A DNA stretch of 64,000 nt from a virus (taxonomy: Duplodnaviria > Caudoviricetes). The notes beneath the pieces were generated by a model. The model had not been told where the DNA came from and ran no database searches. It saw only the letters and a list, made by a program, of their open reading frames with translations. Made by a program: the position numbers and the translations under genes. The DNA lies in the IMG/VR virus record IMGVR_UViG_3300015050_001523, positions 1 to 64,000 of that record. One strand, given 5' to 3'. Below are positions 39,729-48,740 of the stretch, piece after piece; the stretch's first letter is position 1, and every line of letters begins with the position of its first letter.

Positions 39729-40163
39729 GTGTTTGAAATAAAAAGAGTTAGAAAAACATTTAAAAACTTAATGATTCTTAGAGAAATGGATGATACCTGT
39801 TTTCCAGAAGATTCTTATGCGCCTTTAGGGCTTCGCAAATATTCTTGGTGGTTTGTTTATGATGAAAACAATAAAGCAGTTGCCTATGCTGTAGGTTGTT
39901 CTAAAAAAGACAAAAGTTATTTTTTAGCAAGAGCTGGCGTTTTGCCTGAACAAAGAGGGCAAAATATTCAACAAATCCTAATAAATGAAAGAGTTAATAT
40001 GGCAAAATCCCTAGGTCTAAAGAATGTTATCACCTACACAAGCATCAACAACCCTCCTTCAATTAAGAACTTGAAAAAATGTGGATTTGTGGAATGGGTT
40101 GATGCCCCAAATTACTGGAAGACAGAAAATTTTATATCATGGATTCTCAATATTGGCAATTGA
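39729..40163 (+). CDS. GNAT family acetyltransferase
   Basis: LARAGVLPEQRGQNIQ...N.PSIKNLKKCGF; TGnTATAAT 8 nt upstream. Confidence 0.88.
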   Translation: MFEIKRVRKTFKNLMILREMDDTCFPEDSYAPLGLRKYSWWFVYDENNKAVAYAVGCSKKDKSYFLARAGVLPEQRGQNIQQILINERVNMAKSLGLKNVITYTSINNPPSIKNLKKCGFVEWVDAPNYWKTENFISWILNIGN

Positions 40164-40315
40164 AATATTTCTAATTTTTATTAATAATTCTTTATTTTCT
40201 TTTAATTCTTCATTTTTTCTTTTTTGAATAATTAAAAGAGCTCGCAAAACAATTAATTTTTTATGAATTTTATTATAATTGTTTCCCAATTTCCATAAAG
40301 ATTTACCTTCCTATT

Positions 40316-41590
40316 TTAAGTATCTTCCATCTTTATTGTTATTTCGTTTGTTTCAAAGTTCAATGCGCCGGAAGGACAAAGAACCCAACATCTAGGAATT
40401 TTACAATCAGAGGGTTTATAGCAAAATCCATCTGTCATAAAGATTGCAGCATCAAATTTTGAATAATTTTCATTAATCCATAAAGTTGGAACATTGAAGT
40501 TTGTTCCTCCACGAGCAACCCGATCTGGGTTTATTTTTTCTCCTTTTCCCCAAGTAAAAATTTTGTCTTCAATAACTTTTGAATCAAAAGGAACAACAAT
40601 AAACTCTGTATATTCAGACAATTTTCCTAATTCAGAAAAAAACATTGCCAAAGATTCATTATCTACAGAGCCACTTTGATCAATGCAAATGACAATTCTT
40701 GCCATTCGCTTTCTTTTTCTTCCTGGATGAATATATGGATATCTTTTATTTATTCTCTTTAATGATGATGTGTATTCAATTGTGCAACTATTTCCAATGA
40801 AATTTCTTAATAAGTCTTTCCAGTCAACTGTTTCCTTAATTGACTCAAGAATCTTTAATTGCATTTCATTCGATACACTTCCCCAATGATTGCTTCGACT
40901 GCACATATCGGCAGAATCTTGAATAATTCTTTTTATGTTATTTTCAATAAATTCCTTTTCTTCAGACGAAATACCATCAGAAGGAGCCCAGCCTTCATGA
41001 TCATCAGCTGTTCCAATAATATTTGCATTTAATAATGATTCAAAAATATCACGATTATTATTGATTTGTTCATAATACCAATCAGCCGATTCTCCTTTTG
41101 GCCAACTAATCACAAGATCTTTAAATTGTTCTATTTGGCTTAAAGTTTCTTGGCTGTAAAAATGCTTATATTCTTCTGGTATTTCTATCCACTTTCCAGG
41201 AATTAGCCCGCCAGGAGGAAGTCTTTTTTCGTCAATTAAAGAATTGATTGCAAAATCAGTTGCAAAATTCCAAGCACGATCTAATTTTCCATTTAATATT
41301 TTTGCTCTTGAAGTAGTATGATTAAAAATAATATGCAAAAATTCATGGATTAGAAGTCCTTGTCTCTCTTGCCATGATAAATTATTAAAAAAATCTTCAT
41401 TATAATATAATATCATTTTTCCATTTTGAATACAAACACCAGCAGTTTCAAGTTCTTTTGTTTTGAATTTGTTTATATTCGCTGATATGTGACCATAAAA
41501 TGGTTCATCTATACTAAATTTTGAAAGAGTTTTTTCAAAATCATACTTATTCCATCTTTCACCCTTTATTTCTTCATCTTTTTTTTTCAT
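40316..41590 (-). CDS. DUF2201-type metallopeptidase-like plus VWA domain protein
   Basis: HEFLH (HExxH), WNFATDFAIN, IDQSGS (MIDAS), GGTNF, MTDG. Confidence 0.88.
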   Translation of the reverse strand: MKKKDEEIKGERWNKYDFEKTLSKFSIDEPFYGHISANINKFKTKELETAGVCIQNGKMILYYNEDFFNNLSWQERQGLLIHEFLHIIFNHTTSRAKILNGKLDRAWNFATDFAINSLIDEKRLPPGGLIPGKWIEIPEEYKHFYSQETLSQIEQFKDLVISWPKGESADWYYEQINNNRDIFESLLNANIIGTADDHEGWAPSDGISSEEKEFIENNIKRIIQDSADMCSRSNHWGSVSNEMQLKILESIKETVDWKDLLRNFIGNSCTIEYTSSLKRINKRYPYIHPGRKRKRMARIVICIDQSGSVDNESLAMFFSELGKLSEYTEFIVVPFDSKVIEDKIFTWGKGEKINPDRVARGGTNFNVPTLWINENYSKFDAAIFMTDGFCYKPSDCKIPRCWVLCPSGALNFETNEITIKMEDT

Positions 41591-42642
41591 TGAGTTGTCG
41601 CGGCAATCATCATGTCTGAAACATAATTTGAAAGAAGTTGGATATTTTCCATTTTTGTCTCAACAACTGTTAGCTTATCCCAAAATGAAATTTGTAACTC
41701 TGGCTTTAATATTCTAAAGAATTTAGATATATTTTTTGCTTGAGGCTTGGTCCACGGTTTTATTTTTTTATCTATACAATTATCAACAACTTTACTTATC
41801 GCAAGATTTAAGTGCTCTACTTGAAATTGAGTTAATCTATCTTCATTTTCTTCAAATCTATCAATAATATCTTCTGCTGTAATATGTTCAAATGGCCTTA
41901 GCAAGTATTGTTTAAACAACCCAGCAGAATGAATTCCGACAAAGCCAGAACAAACTGCAATAAATAATGATGAACTTTTATTTATATTTTTTGCTAGATC
42001 TGGATTGTTTTGGAAAACTGATGAAAGTCTCGTCCATGATCTTCTAGATGGGATTACATCATAGCTATTCTTTGTTGGTTCTTTTTCTAGCTCTGAAGGA
42101 TTTATTCTTATAAAGTCAAGAATTGGTCGATAAATATCACCTTCATTTTTTCCCCATTCAATCCATTCTTCTACTGAAGGATCAATATCTGCTATCCAAA
42201 AACGATCATATATAGCCGGATCAATATTGTTTACGCTATAATTTGAACCATGCTTTCCTCCATTTATTGCAGAGTAAATTCTACAATCTTCATGAATCAT
42301 CCTTCCTTGAATGGAACGGTCTAAAATAAGCTCCATCGCAGCCTGTTGGACTTCTTTAGAGCTTCTATCAAACTCATCTAAGAAAAGAACACATGGAGTT
42401 TTAGTTGCGCGTACAAACCAATCAAGTGGCAAGAAGTAAGTGCTTTCTCCATCAATTTTTGGAAGTCCAAGAAGATCTCCTTCAGTTAATTGAGATAATC
42501 TCCTATCAATTACTGGAAGGCTAAAATCTTCAGCAATTTGCTTTATAACGCTACTTTTTCCTATTCCATGCTTTCCTCGAATAAGGACTGAAATATTATT
42601 AGGAAGCATTTTTGCTACCTTTTTGAATGTTATAAAGTCCAT
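41587..42642 (-). CDS. MoxR-like AAA+ ATPase
   Basis: GKHGIGKS, LFLDEFDR, DPAIYDRF, PSRRSW; ATGA-coupled to the VWA gene. Confidence 0.9.
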   Translation of the reverse strand: MDFITFKKVAKMLPNNISVLIRGKHGIGKSSVIKQIAEDFSLPVIDRRLSQLTEGDLLGLPKIDGESTYFLPLDWFVRATKTPCVLFLDEFDRSSKEVQQAAMELILDRSIQGRMIHEDCRIYSAINGGKHGSNYSVNNIDPAIYDRFWIADIDPSVEEWIEWGKNEGDIYRPILDFIRINPSELEKEPTKNSYDVIPSRRSWTRLSSVFQNNPDLAKNINKSSSLFIAVCSGFVGIHSAGLFKQYLLRPFEHITAEDIIDRFEENEDRLTQFQVEHLNLAISKVVDNCIDKKIKPWTKPQAKNISKFFRILKPELQISFWDKLTVVETKMENIQLLSNYVSDMMIAATTQ

Positions 42643-42686
42643 ATCCTATATTATTTTGTTGAAACCTAATTTTGCAAAAATACTGT

Positions 42687-42896
42687 TTAAAAGTTCTCTA
42701 TTAGTATTTCACGAATATATTTGCGCAAATTGGCTTCTTCCATTCCTCCAACCTCTCCAGATGAGCAGCTTTCATTTCCATTTAAAGAATAAGAAGGATA
42801 ACCCCATCCCAACCCAACAAATCCCATTTTTGCAGCTTTCTTTTTCTTCTTCTTTTTTTTCTTTTTATAATATCGATTTTCAAAAATATCTTCCAT
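42687..42896 (-). CDS. Small protein with poly-Lys tract and C-terminal LRKYIREIL motif
   Basis: Start refined to MEDIFENR; ten consecutive Lys. Confidence 0.6.
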   Translation of the reverse strand: MEDIFENRYYKKKKKKKKKKAAKMGFVGLGWGYPSYSLNGNESCSSGEVGGMEEANLRKYIREILIENF

Positions 42897-42900
42897 ATTA

Positions 42901-43182
42901 CTAATTACCAACCGAATCATCAAATTTAGCTTTTTTTAATTCTTTTGATTTGATATCTTCCATTGAAATAATTGTATTTTTTATGTTTTTTATATTGTCT
43001 TCTGCATCATCAAGAAGCTTAAGATAATGTTTTTTATAAATATTAAATTTATTGGATGCAGACTTTTCAATTTCAATATCAAATAAATTTCCTTTAGATC
43101 TTAAAAGTCTAATATTTGATAATAAAATTTCTTCTAATCCTTTTCTTAGTATTGATTGTTTTTTATATGATTTTAATTTCAT
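42901..43182 (-). CDS. Hypothetical protein
   Basis: 93 aa. Confidence 0.65.
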   Translation of the reverse strand: MKLKSYKKQSILRKGLEEILLSNIRLLRSKGNLFDIEIEKSASNKFNIYKKHYLKLLDDAEDNIKNIKNTIISMEDIKSKELKKAKFDDSVGN

Positions 43183-43256
43183 GTTAATAAATCTATTTTA
43201 CTAACTTTATTGAAAATAATATACTAGATTTATGAGCCATTGACAGTCAGCCCAAT

Positions 43257-43574
43257 TTGGGTCAAAAATCTTATAAATGTTCATGTAATAACGATCTTAT
43301 TTATGGAATTGTAAAATCTAATAAAGTTAGAAGACTTACATTTTCAAAAGATCTTGCTTATTTTATTAAGGGAAAAAATCAAAATCATGAAATTTGGCTT
43401 CTTGACTTGGTACAGGTAGGTCTATCAGAAGGTCCTTGTATTTATGGAATAGTTGGCCATAAAAATAGTCTTTTAAGAGCTACAGTTTCATACGAAGAAG
43501 CTTTGTTCTTGACAGAAGGATCTAATAGATATATTGAAGGATACAAGATAAGAGGGAAAAAATTAATAGAATAA
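43257..43574 (+). CDS. Hypothetical protein
   Basis: 105 aa, TTG start uncertain; stop abuts the tRNA. Confidence 0.65.
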   Translation: MGQKSYKCSCNNDLIYGIVKSNKVRRLTFSKDLAYFIKGKNQNHEIWLLDLVQVGLSEGPCIYGIVGHKNSLLRATVSYEEALFLTEGSNRYIEGYKIRGKKLIE

Positions 43575-43654
43575 GTGCTTATAGTTCAAAGGTAGAACAT
43601 CGAACCTAATGAATTCGAAAATCCTGGTTCAAGTCCAGGTGAGCACTTTTACCA
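43575..43654 (+). tRNA. Atypical tRNA, anticodon most simply read as AAU (Ile); distorted anticodon arm
   Basis: Acceptor GTGCTTA/TGAGCAC, D-arm GTTC/GAAC with GG, T-arm CCTGG-TTCAAGT-CCAGG, anticodon arm TCGAA-CCTAATGAA-TTCGA; ACCA lies 4 nt past the stem. Confidence 0.78.
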
Positions 43655-43680
43655 TTCCAAAGATTATGATATCATAAATT

Positions 43681-43854
43681 ATGAAATACATGGCTAGAGA
43701 ACTTTTAAGTGGACAAGAAGTCTTAGATAATTGTCGTGATATTGAGTTGCGAGAATGTAATAACCCAACAGATGCAACTAATTTTACTAAAGAAATAGAA
43801 AAACAAGGGTTTGAATTAAAATTAAAAAGACAAAAAAAGATTATAGTAAAATAG
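43681..43854 (+). CDS. Small hypothetical protein (57 aa, below the track cutoff)
   Basis: Hand-translated MKYMARELLSGQEVLDNC...; fills the gap after the tRNA. Confidence 0.55.
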   Translation: MKYMARELLSGQEVLDNCRDIELRECNNPTDATNFTKEIEKQGFELKLKRQKKIIVK

Positions 43855-43888
43855 TTCTTGTAGAGCTTTTTTTTGAAAGGAAAAAGAA

Positions 43889-44080
43889 ATGAATAGGTTG
43901 GCTTTGGCAATCTCTATTCTCGAAATGAATCTTGATGAATGGGAACCAATTCGCCAAAAAGAACTATTTATTATAGTAAATAGAAAAACAAAACAGCAAA
44001 TTGGATATGCAAAATCTCTTGTGTCTGCAATTTTAAAAGCAAGAGATTTTGAAATGGAAAAATTAAATAGAAAGAAATAA
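43889..44080 (+). CDS. Small hypothetical protein
   Basis: 63 aa, AAGGA SD, terminator downstream. Confidence 0.7.
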   Translation: MNRLALAISILEMNLDEWEPIRQKELFIIVNRKTKQQIGYAKSLVSAILKARDFEMEKLNRKK

Positions 44081-44084
44081 TAAA

Positions 44085-44113
44085 AAAGCCAAGATAAATT
44101 TTATCTTGGCTTT
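44085..44113. terminator. Bidirectional terminator
   Basis: AAAGCCAAGATAA-ATT-TTATCTTGGCTTT. Confidence 0.72.
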
Positions 44114-44131
44114 AAAATTTTAATTATTGAA

Positions 44132-44305
44132 TTATATTATTTTAAACCAATTTTCAATTTGTTGTTTTTGGTCCATCGAAAGATCACGCCAAATATCATC
44201 AAGCTTTTCAATAATCTCGCCTTCATTATCTTCTGAAAGTAACCCAAGATCACGCATAACAATCATTTGTTTGATTGTATTTTGATATAATTGTATATCA
44301 TCCAT
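44132..44305 (-). CDS. Small hypothetical protein (57 aa, below the track cutoff)
   Basis: Hand-translated MDDIQLYQNTIKQMIVMRDLGLLSED... Confidence 0.55.
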   Translation of the reverse strand: MDDIQLYQNTIKQMIVMRDLGLLSEDNEGEIIEKLDDIWRDLSMDQKQQIENWFKII

Positions 44306-44312
44306 TTAGAAT

Positions 44313-44588
44313 TTATTCTTCTTGTCTTTTTGCTTTGAAGTGTTTTAATTGCTTAACCTGGCTTAAAACTGCTTGATATAATTCTTCAGGATCTAATTGA
44401 TGCGCAGCAGCTTTTGCTTCAACTTTATTTTGAAGATCAGCTGCTAATCTCGCTGCTAATTGCATAACTGCTGCAAGGCCACTTGTTTGTGGCATTTCTT
44501 CCTCATCATTTGAACTAAATTCATGCAATGCGCGCATTTCTTCTAAAACGATTCTTTTTAATTTTTCTTTTGAAATTTTGATTGACAT
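44313..44588 (-). CDS. Hypothetical protein, probably virion-associated
   Basis: MSIKISKEKLKRIVLEE leader; GGGAG SD. Confidence 0.75.
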   Translation of the reverse strand: MSIKISKEKLKRIVLEEMRALHEFSSNDEEEMPQTSGLAAVMQLAARLAADLQNKVEAKAAAHQLDPEELYQAVLSQVKQLKHFKAKRQEE

Positions 44589-44636
44589 AAAAACTCCCTA
44601 TATTAGTATATATGATCTGCTCATATATATTGTTAT

Positions 44637-46424
44637 ATGGGCATCAAGAATAAAGACCTTCCTTTTATTGAATTTTATTCAGAAAAAGAAAAATTTTCTA
44701 AAAAAATAAATAAAGTTGTTTTTCCAAATAATGTTCAGTTTGGAACCGATAATAATGAAAATTCTGCATATATTGTCGTTCGCGGGGTTTTTTCTGCAAG
44801 TGAATATTTGGGATTGCCAGAATTTACTGGAAGTGGCGGAGGAGGAACACTTGATCAGGCTTATGATTTCGGCGGAGCCGGTGCTGGCCGAGCTATAACA
44901 GTTAATGCTGGCGCTGTTCAATTTCAAGGTTCTGGACTAAATAATGTCTTTGAGGCAACAGGCTCTATTGATGTTTTGGGAACAATAACGGCATCAAATA
45001 GAATTGTTGCAAATCTTGGATTTTCAGGTTCTTTGACACGGCTTGCAAATGGAACCTCTTATTTAGTTGCGGGTTCAAATATCACAATAACATCTTCGTC
45101 AAATGGTCAAGTTGTTTTAAATGCGTTAACAGGAAGTGGGGGAACACTTGATCAAGCTTATGATTCTGGCGGAGCCGGAGCTGGAAGGACAGTCACAGTT
45201 GATGCCGGAGCTGTTCAATTTCAAGGTTCTGGACTAAATAATGTTTTTGAAGCTACCGGTTCTATTGGTGTTCTTGGTGCGATAACAGCATCAAATAAAA
45301 TTGTAGCGAATTTAGGGTTTTCAGGTTCTTTGACAAGGTTGTCAAATGGAGATTCTTATTTAGTTGCTGGTCAAAATATTACAGTTGTATCTTCGTCAAA
45401 TGGTCAAGTTGTTTTAAGTGGCGCACCAACAAAATTAATCGAGACTCAAACTTTCGATGTCGCTGGCACCTATACTAATGGATGGACTAAACCTCCTTCT
45501 GGCTCTATGGCAATGATTATATGCACAGGAGGAGGTGGAGGTGGTGCTGGCGGAGGAAATGCAACCACAACTAATCCTCGTTCTGGCGGATGTGGTGGCG
45601 GTGGTGGAGCAAAAAAAGTCGTAATAATTCCTCTTGCTTTGCTTGGTTCTACAGAAGATGTTGTTGTTGGTGCTTCTGGTTCTTTCAGTGCTGGCTCAAC
45701 AACATCTGCGGCTGATGCCGGGGATGGTACTGCCTCATCGTTTGGCTCTTCTCCATTTTTTTGTTATGCTGGTGGTGGTGGAGGTGGAAGGGGAGGAAGT
45801 AGCGGTGGAGCAGCTGGACAAGGAGGAGGGGGTGGTGGTACTGGTGCAAATGGAACAGTTGGTGGTGGAGCATCCCAATCAACAAATGAAGGAGGCCCTG
45901 GATTATCTGTTTTATTAAGTACTAGAGTTGCATCATCAGGTGGCACAGGTACTAGAGGCGGACATAACACAATTCAAGCTTCTCATGCTGAATGGGGAGG
46001 AGCCGGCGGAGGTGCAAGATCCGCATCGTCAGTTAGTTTGCCTGCCGGAACTTCTTTGCATGGTGGTGGCGGCGGCGGTACAGGTGGAGGATATAATAGC
46101 TCAACAAGCCGCCCACCAACAGCTGGAGGGAGTAGCGGAACAATCCAAGATGGTGGTGGTGGTGGAGCAGCTGGAGTAAATTCAACAACAGCTCCAACTC
46201 TCGGAACCGATGGAATTGATGCAGATCATATTTTTACATCTGGCGCTGGTGGTGGTGGTGGTGGCGGAGCATCCAATGGTACTGTCAGTGTGGTAAACGG
46301 AACAGTTGGTGGAAATGGAGGGTTTCCTGGCGGAGCAGGCGGCGGAGGCGGGTGTGGCGCTAATGGAACAGGTGGAGATGGTGGAAGCGGAGCTTCTGGA
46401 CTTGTTATTATTTATGTTTGGTAA
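44637..46424 (+). CDS. Glycine-rich tail fibre/structural protein with internal duplication
   Basis: Two 99-aa repeats then a GGGGG-rich domain ending GSGASGLVIIYVW. Confidence 0.85.
   Translation: MGIKNKDLPFIEFYSEKEKFSKKINKVVFPNNVQFGTDNNENSAYIVVRGVFSASEYLGLPEFTGSGGGGTLDQAYDFGGAGAGRAITVNAGAVQFQGSGLNNVFEATGSIDVLGTITASNRIVANLGFSGSLTRLANGTSYLVAGSNITITSSSNGQVVLNALTGSGGTLDQAYDSGGAGAGRTVTVDAGAVQFQGSGLNNVFEATGSIGVLGAITASNKIVANLGFSGSLTRLSNGDSYLVAGQNITVVSSSNGQVVLSGAPTKLIETQTFDVAGTYTNGWTKPPSGSMAMIICTGGGGGGAGGGNATTTNPRSGGCGGGGGAKKVVIIPLALLGSTEDVVVGASGSFSAGSTTSAADAGDGTASSFGSSPFFCYAGGGGGGRGGSSGGAAGQGGGGGGTGANGTVGGGASQSTNEGGPGLSVLLSTRVASSGGTGTRGGHNTIQASHAEWGGAGGGARSASSVSLPAGTSLHGGGGGGTGGGYNSSTSRPPTAGGSSGTIQDGGGGGAAGVNSTTAPTLGTDGIDADHIFTSGAGGGGGGGASNGTVSVVNGTVGGNGGFPGGAGGGGGCGANGTGGDGGSGASGLVIIYVW
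44844..45420 (+). repeat. Tandem duplication, 297-nt period, within the fibre gene
   Basis: GGAACACTTGATCA(G/A)GCTTATGAT at 44844 and 45141; near-identical translations. Confidence 0.9.
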
Positions 46425-46469
46425 AAAGGATATACTTTTACATTTATCAATGATAAAATGACTGTATAT

Positions 46470-48086
46470 ATGACAGTTAAACAGTTATTATTTGAAGATG
46501 AAGCAAGAAAGAAAATTTTGCAAGGGGTTGATATTCTTGCAAATGCAGTTCGTGTAACTATTGGTCCGCGAGGTAGAAATGTTGTTATTGAAAGAATCGG
46601 ATTAGCGCCTCATGTTACGAAAGATGGTGTTACCGTTGCAAAATCAATTAATCTAAAAGATCAATTCCAAAATATTGGTGCGCAAATGATTAAAGAAGTT
46701 GCATCACAAACCGTTGATATTTCGGGCGATGGTACATCAACTGCTACTATTCTTGCGCATTCAATTTATAAAGAAGGACTAAAATTAATTGGAGCAGGCT
46801 TTAATCCAACAGATATAAAAAAAGGAATAGACAAAGCTGTTTTGATCGTTTCCCAAAATTTGATTGAGAATAGTCGAAAAATTAAATCAAATGAAGAAAT
46901 TGTAAATATTGGAAAAATTTCTTCAAATGGAGATGAAAAAATTGGAAGAATGCTTGCAGAAGCAATGGAAAAGGTTGGAAGAGATGGAGTTATTACAATT
47001 GAAGAAGCAAAAAGTCATGAAACAACATTAGAAATTGTTAATGGAATGCAATTTAATAGAGGTTATGTCTCTCCATTTTTTGTAACAAATTCAGAGAAAA
47101 TGACAGCAGATCTTTTAAAGGAACCATTTGTAATAATAACAAACAAAAAGTTTGAACATATGAAAGACTTGCTTCCTATTCTTGAATCAATTCTTCTAAC
47201 AAAAAGAAGTGTTCTTTTGATATGTGAAGATATTGATGGAGAAGCATTAAACAGTTTAACTGTAAATAAAATGAAGGGAACACTTGACATTTGTGCAATA
47301 AGAGCCCCAGAATTCGGAAGTGCTCGCCATGACATGCTTGAGGACATTGCAATATTAACAAATGGAAAAGTTATTTCAGATGAAAGCGGAATAAAAATTT
47401 CTGATGTAAATGCAAAAGATCCAAATCAACATATTCTTGGAGAAGCAGTTAAAATTATTGTTGGAAAGAATGCAACAACAATTGTTGCTAAAAAAGACAA
47501 CAAAGAAAATGTTGATAAGAGAATTGAAGAAATAAAAATTCAATTAGAAGATCCAACTTTATCAGAAGGTGAAATTGAATTCTTAAAAAGAAGACTTACA
47601 AGATTGGCTGGTGGAGTTGCAATTATTCGAGTCGGCGGCGCAACTGAAGTCGAGATGAAAGAAAGAAAGGATAGGGTTGACGATGCGCTTTGTGCAACGC
47701 AAGCAGCGGTTGAGGCAGGAATAGCCCCAGGTGGAGGATGCGCCTTGGTGCATGCTTCAAAATTTGATCCAGAAATGGAACCATATCGTGAGATGTTTAA
47801 AAATGATGCAGAAAAAGCTGGGGCTCGAATCATCAAAGAGGCTTGCAAGGCTCCATTGTCACAAATCGCAAAGAACGCAGGAATTGCAAGCGAAGTAATT
47901 GTTCATAAAATTTTGGACTCAACAAATCAAATTGGTTGGGATGCTCTCAATGAAAAATTTGGAGATATGGTTGAATTTGGAATTATTGACCCTGTAAAAG
48001 TTCCAAAAACTGCATTGGAAAATGCAGCATCAATTGCAGGACTTATGCTAACAATTGAATGTGCTATTGTCGAGGAATCACAATAA
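46470..48086 (+). CDS. groEL: Chaperonin GroEL (Cpn60)
   Basis: TIGPRGRNV, TKDGVTVAK, GDGTSTAT, RVGGATEVEMKERKDRVDDA, GIAPGGG, GIIDP; no GGM tail. Confidence 0.97.
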   Translation: MTVKQLLFEDEARKKILQGVDILANAVRVTIGPRGRNVVIERIGLAPHVTKDGVTVAKSINLKDQFQNIGAQMIKEVASQTVDISGDGTSTATILAHSIYKEGLKLIGAGFNPTDIKKGIDKAVLIVSQNLIENSRKIKSNEEIVNIGKISSNGDEKIGRMLAEAMEKVGRDGVITIEEAKSHETTLEIVNGMQFNRGYVSPFFVTNSEKMTADLLKEPFVIITNKKFEHMKDLLPILESILLTKRSVLLICEDIDGEALNSLTVNKMKGTLDICAIRAPEFGSARHDMLEDIAILTNGKVISDESGIKISDVNAKDPNQHILGEAVKIIVGKNATTIVAKKDNKENVDKRIEEIKIQLEDPTLSEGEIEFLKRRLTRLAGGVAIIRVGGATEVEMKERKDRVDDALCATQAAVEAGIAPGGGCALVHASKFDPEMEPYREMFKNDAEKAGARIIKEACKAPLSQIAKNAGIASEVIVHKILDSTNQIGWDALNEKFGDMVEFGIIDPVKVPKTALENAASIAGLMLTIECAIVEESQ

Positions 48087-48103
48087 AACAAAAGGAATAA
48101 TTT

Positions 48104-48388
48104 ATGAGAAACGGATCAATTATTAATCAATACGGAACCAAAAAATATTTTTTAAATGACCTCCTTCATAGAGAAGATGGTCCTGCATTTGAAAATAAAA
48201 ATGGGGACAAAGAATGGAGAATCCATGGATATCTTCACCGAGAAGATGGTCCTGCTGTTGAATATTCAGATGGGGACAACTATTATTATTTAGATAACCA
48301 TGCTTTTGGAAAGCAAGAATATTGGGAAGAAATCAAAAGGAGAAAATCTCTTAATTATATAATTGAAAATTTAAAAGGAAGTTATTAA
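48104..48388 (+). CDS. HREDGPA-repeat protein
   Basis: MRNGSII...two LHREDGPA...YWEEIKRRKSL. Confidence 0.85.
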   Translation: MRNGSIINQYGTKKYFLNDLLHREDGPAFENKNGDKEWRIHGYLHREDGPAVEYSDGDNYYYLDNHAFGKQEYWEEIKRRKSLNYIIENLKGSY

Positions 48389-48389
48389 A

Positions 48390-48740
48390 ATGAAAAACGG
48401 ATTACATATTGACCAATTTGGTGCTAAGTTTTATTATTTAAACGACAAGTTTCATCGAGAAGAAAATCTTCCTGCAATTGAATGGGAAAATGGAGATAAA
48501 TGGTATTTTGTTAATGGAAAGTGCCATCGAGAAAACGGTCCTGCGAAGATAGGACAAAGTAAGGACGGAACACAATTGCAAGATCTTTATTATATAAATG
48601 ATGTAAGATTTTCTGAAGAAGATTATTGGAAAGAAATTAAAAAGAGAAAATCTCTTGATTATATTCTTTTTAATTATGTTATTCGAACCTACCCTTTACC
48701 AAAAATCATTACAAAAAGGATCGGTTTAAATGAAAAATAA
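48390..48740 (+). CDS. HREDGPA-repeat protein
   Basis: MKNGLHID...FHREENLPA, CHRENGPA...YWKEIKKRKSL. Confidence 0.85.
   Translation: MKNGLHIDQFGAKFYYLNDKFHREENLPAIEWENGDKWYFVNGKCHRENGPAKIGQSKDGTQLQDLYYINDVRFSEEDYWKEIKKRKSLDYILFNYVIRTYPLPKIITKRIGLNEK

Noticed and set aside
43240-43270. TTGACA at 43240 as a promoter
   Set aside because: No acceptable -10 at 16-18 nt spacing
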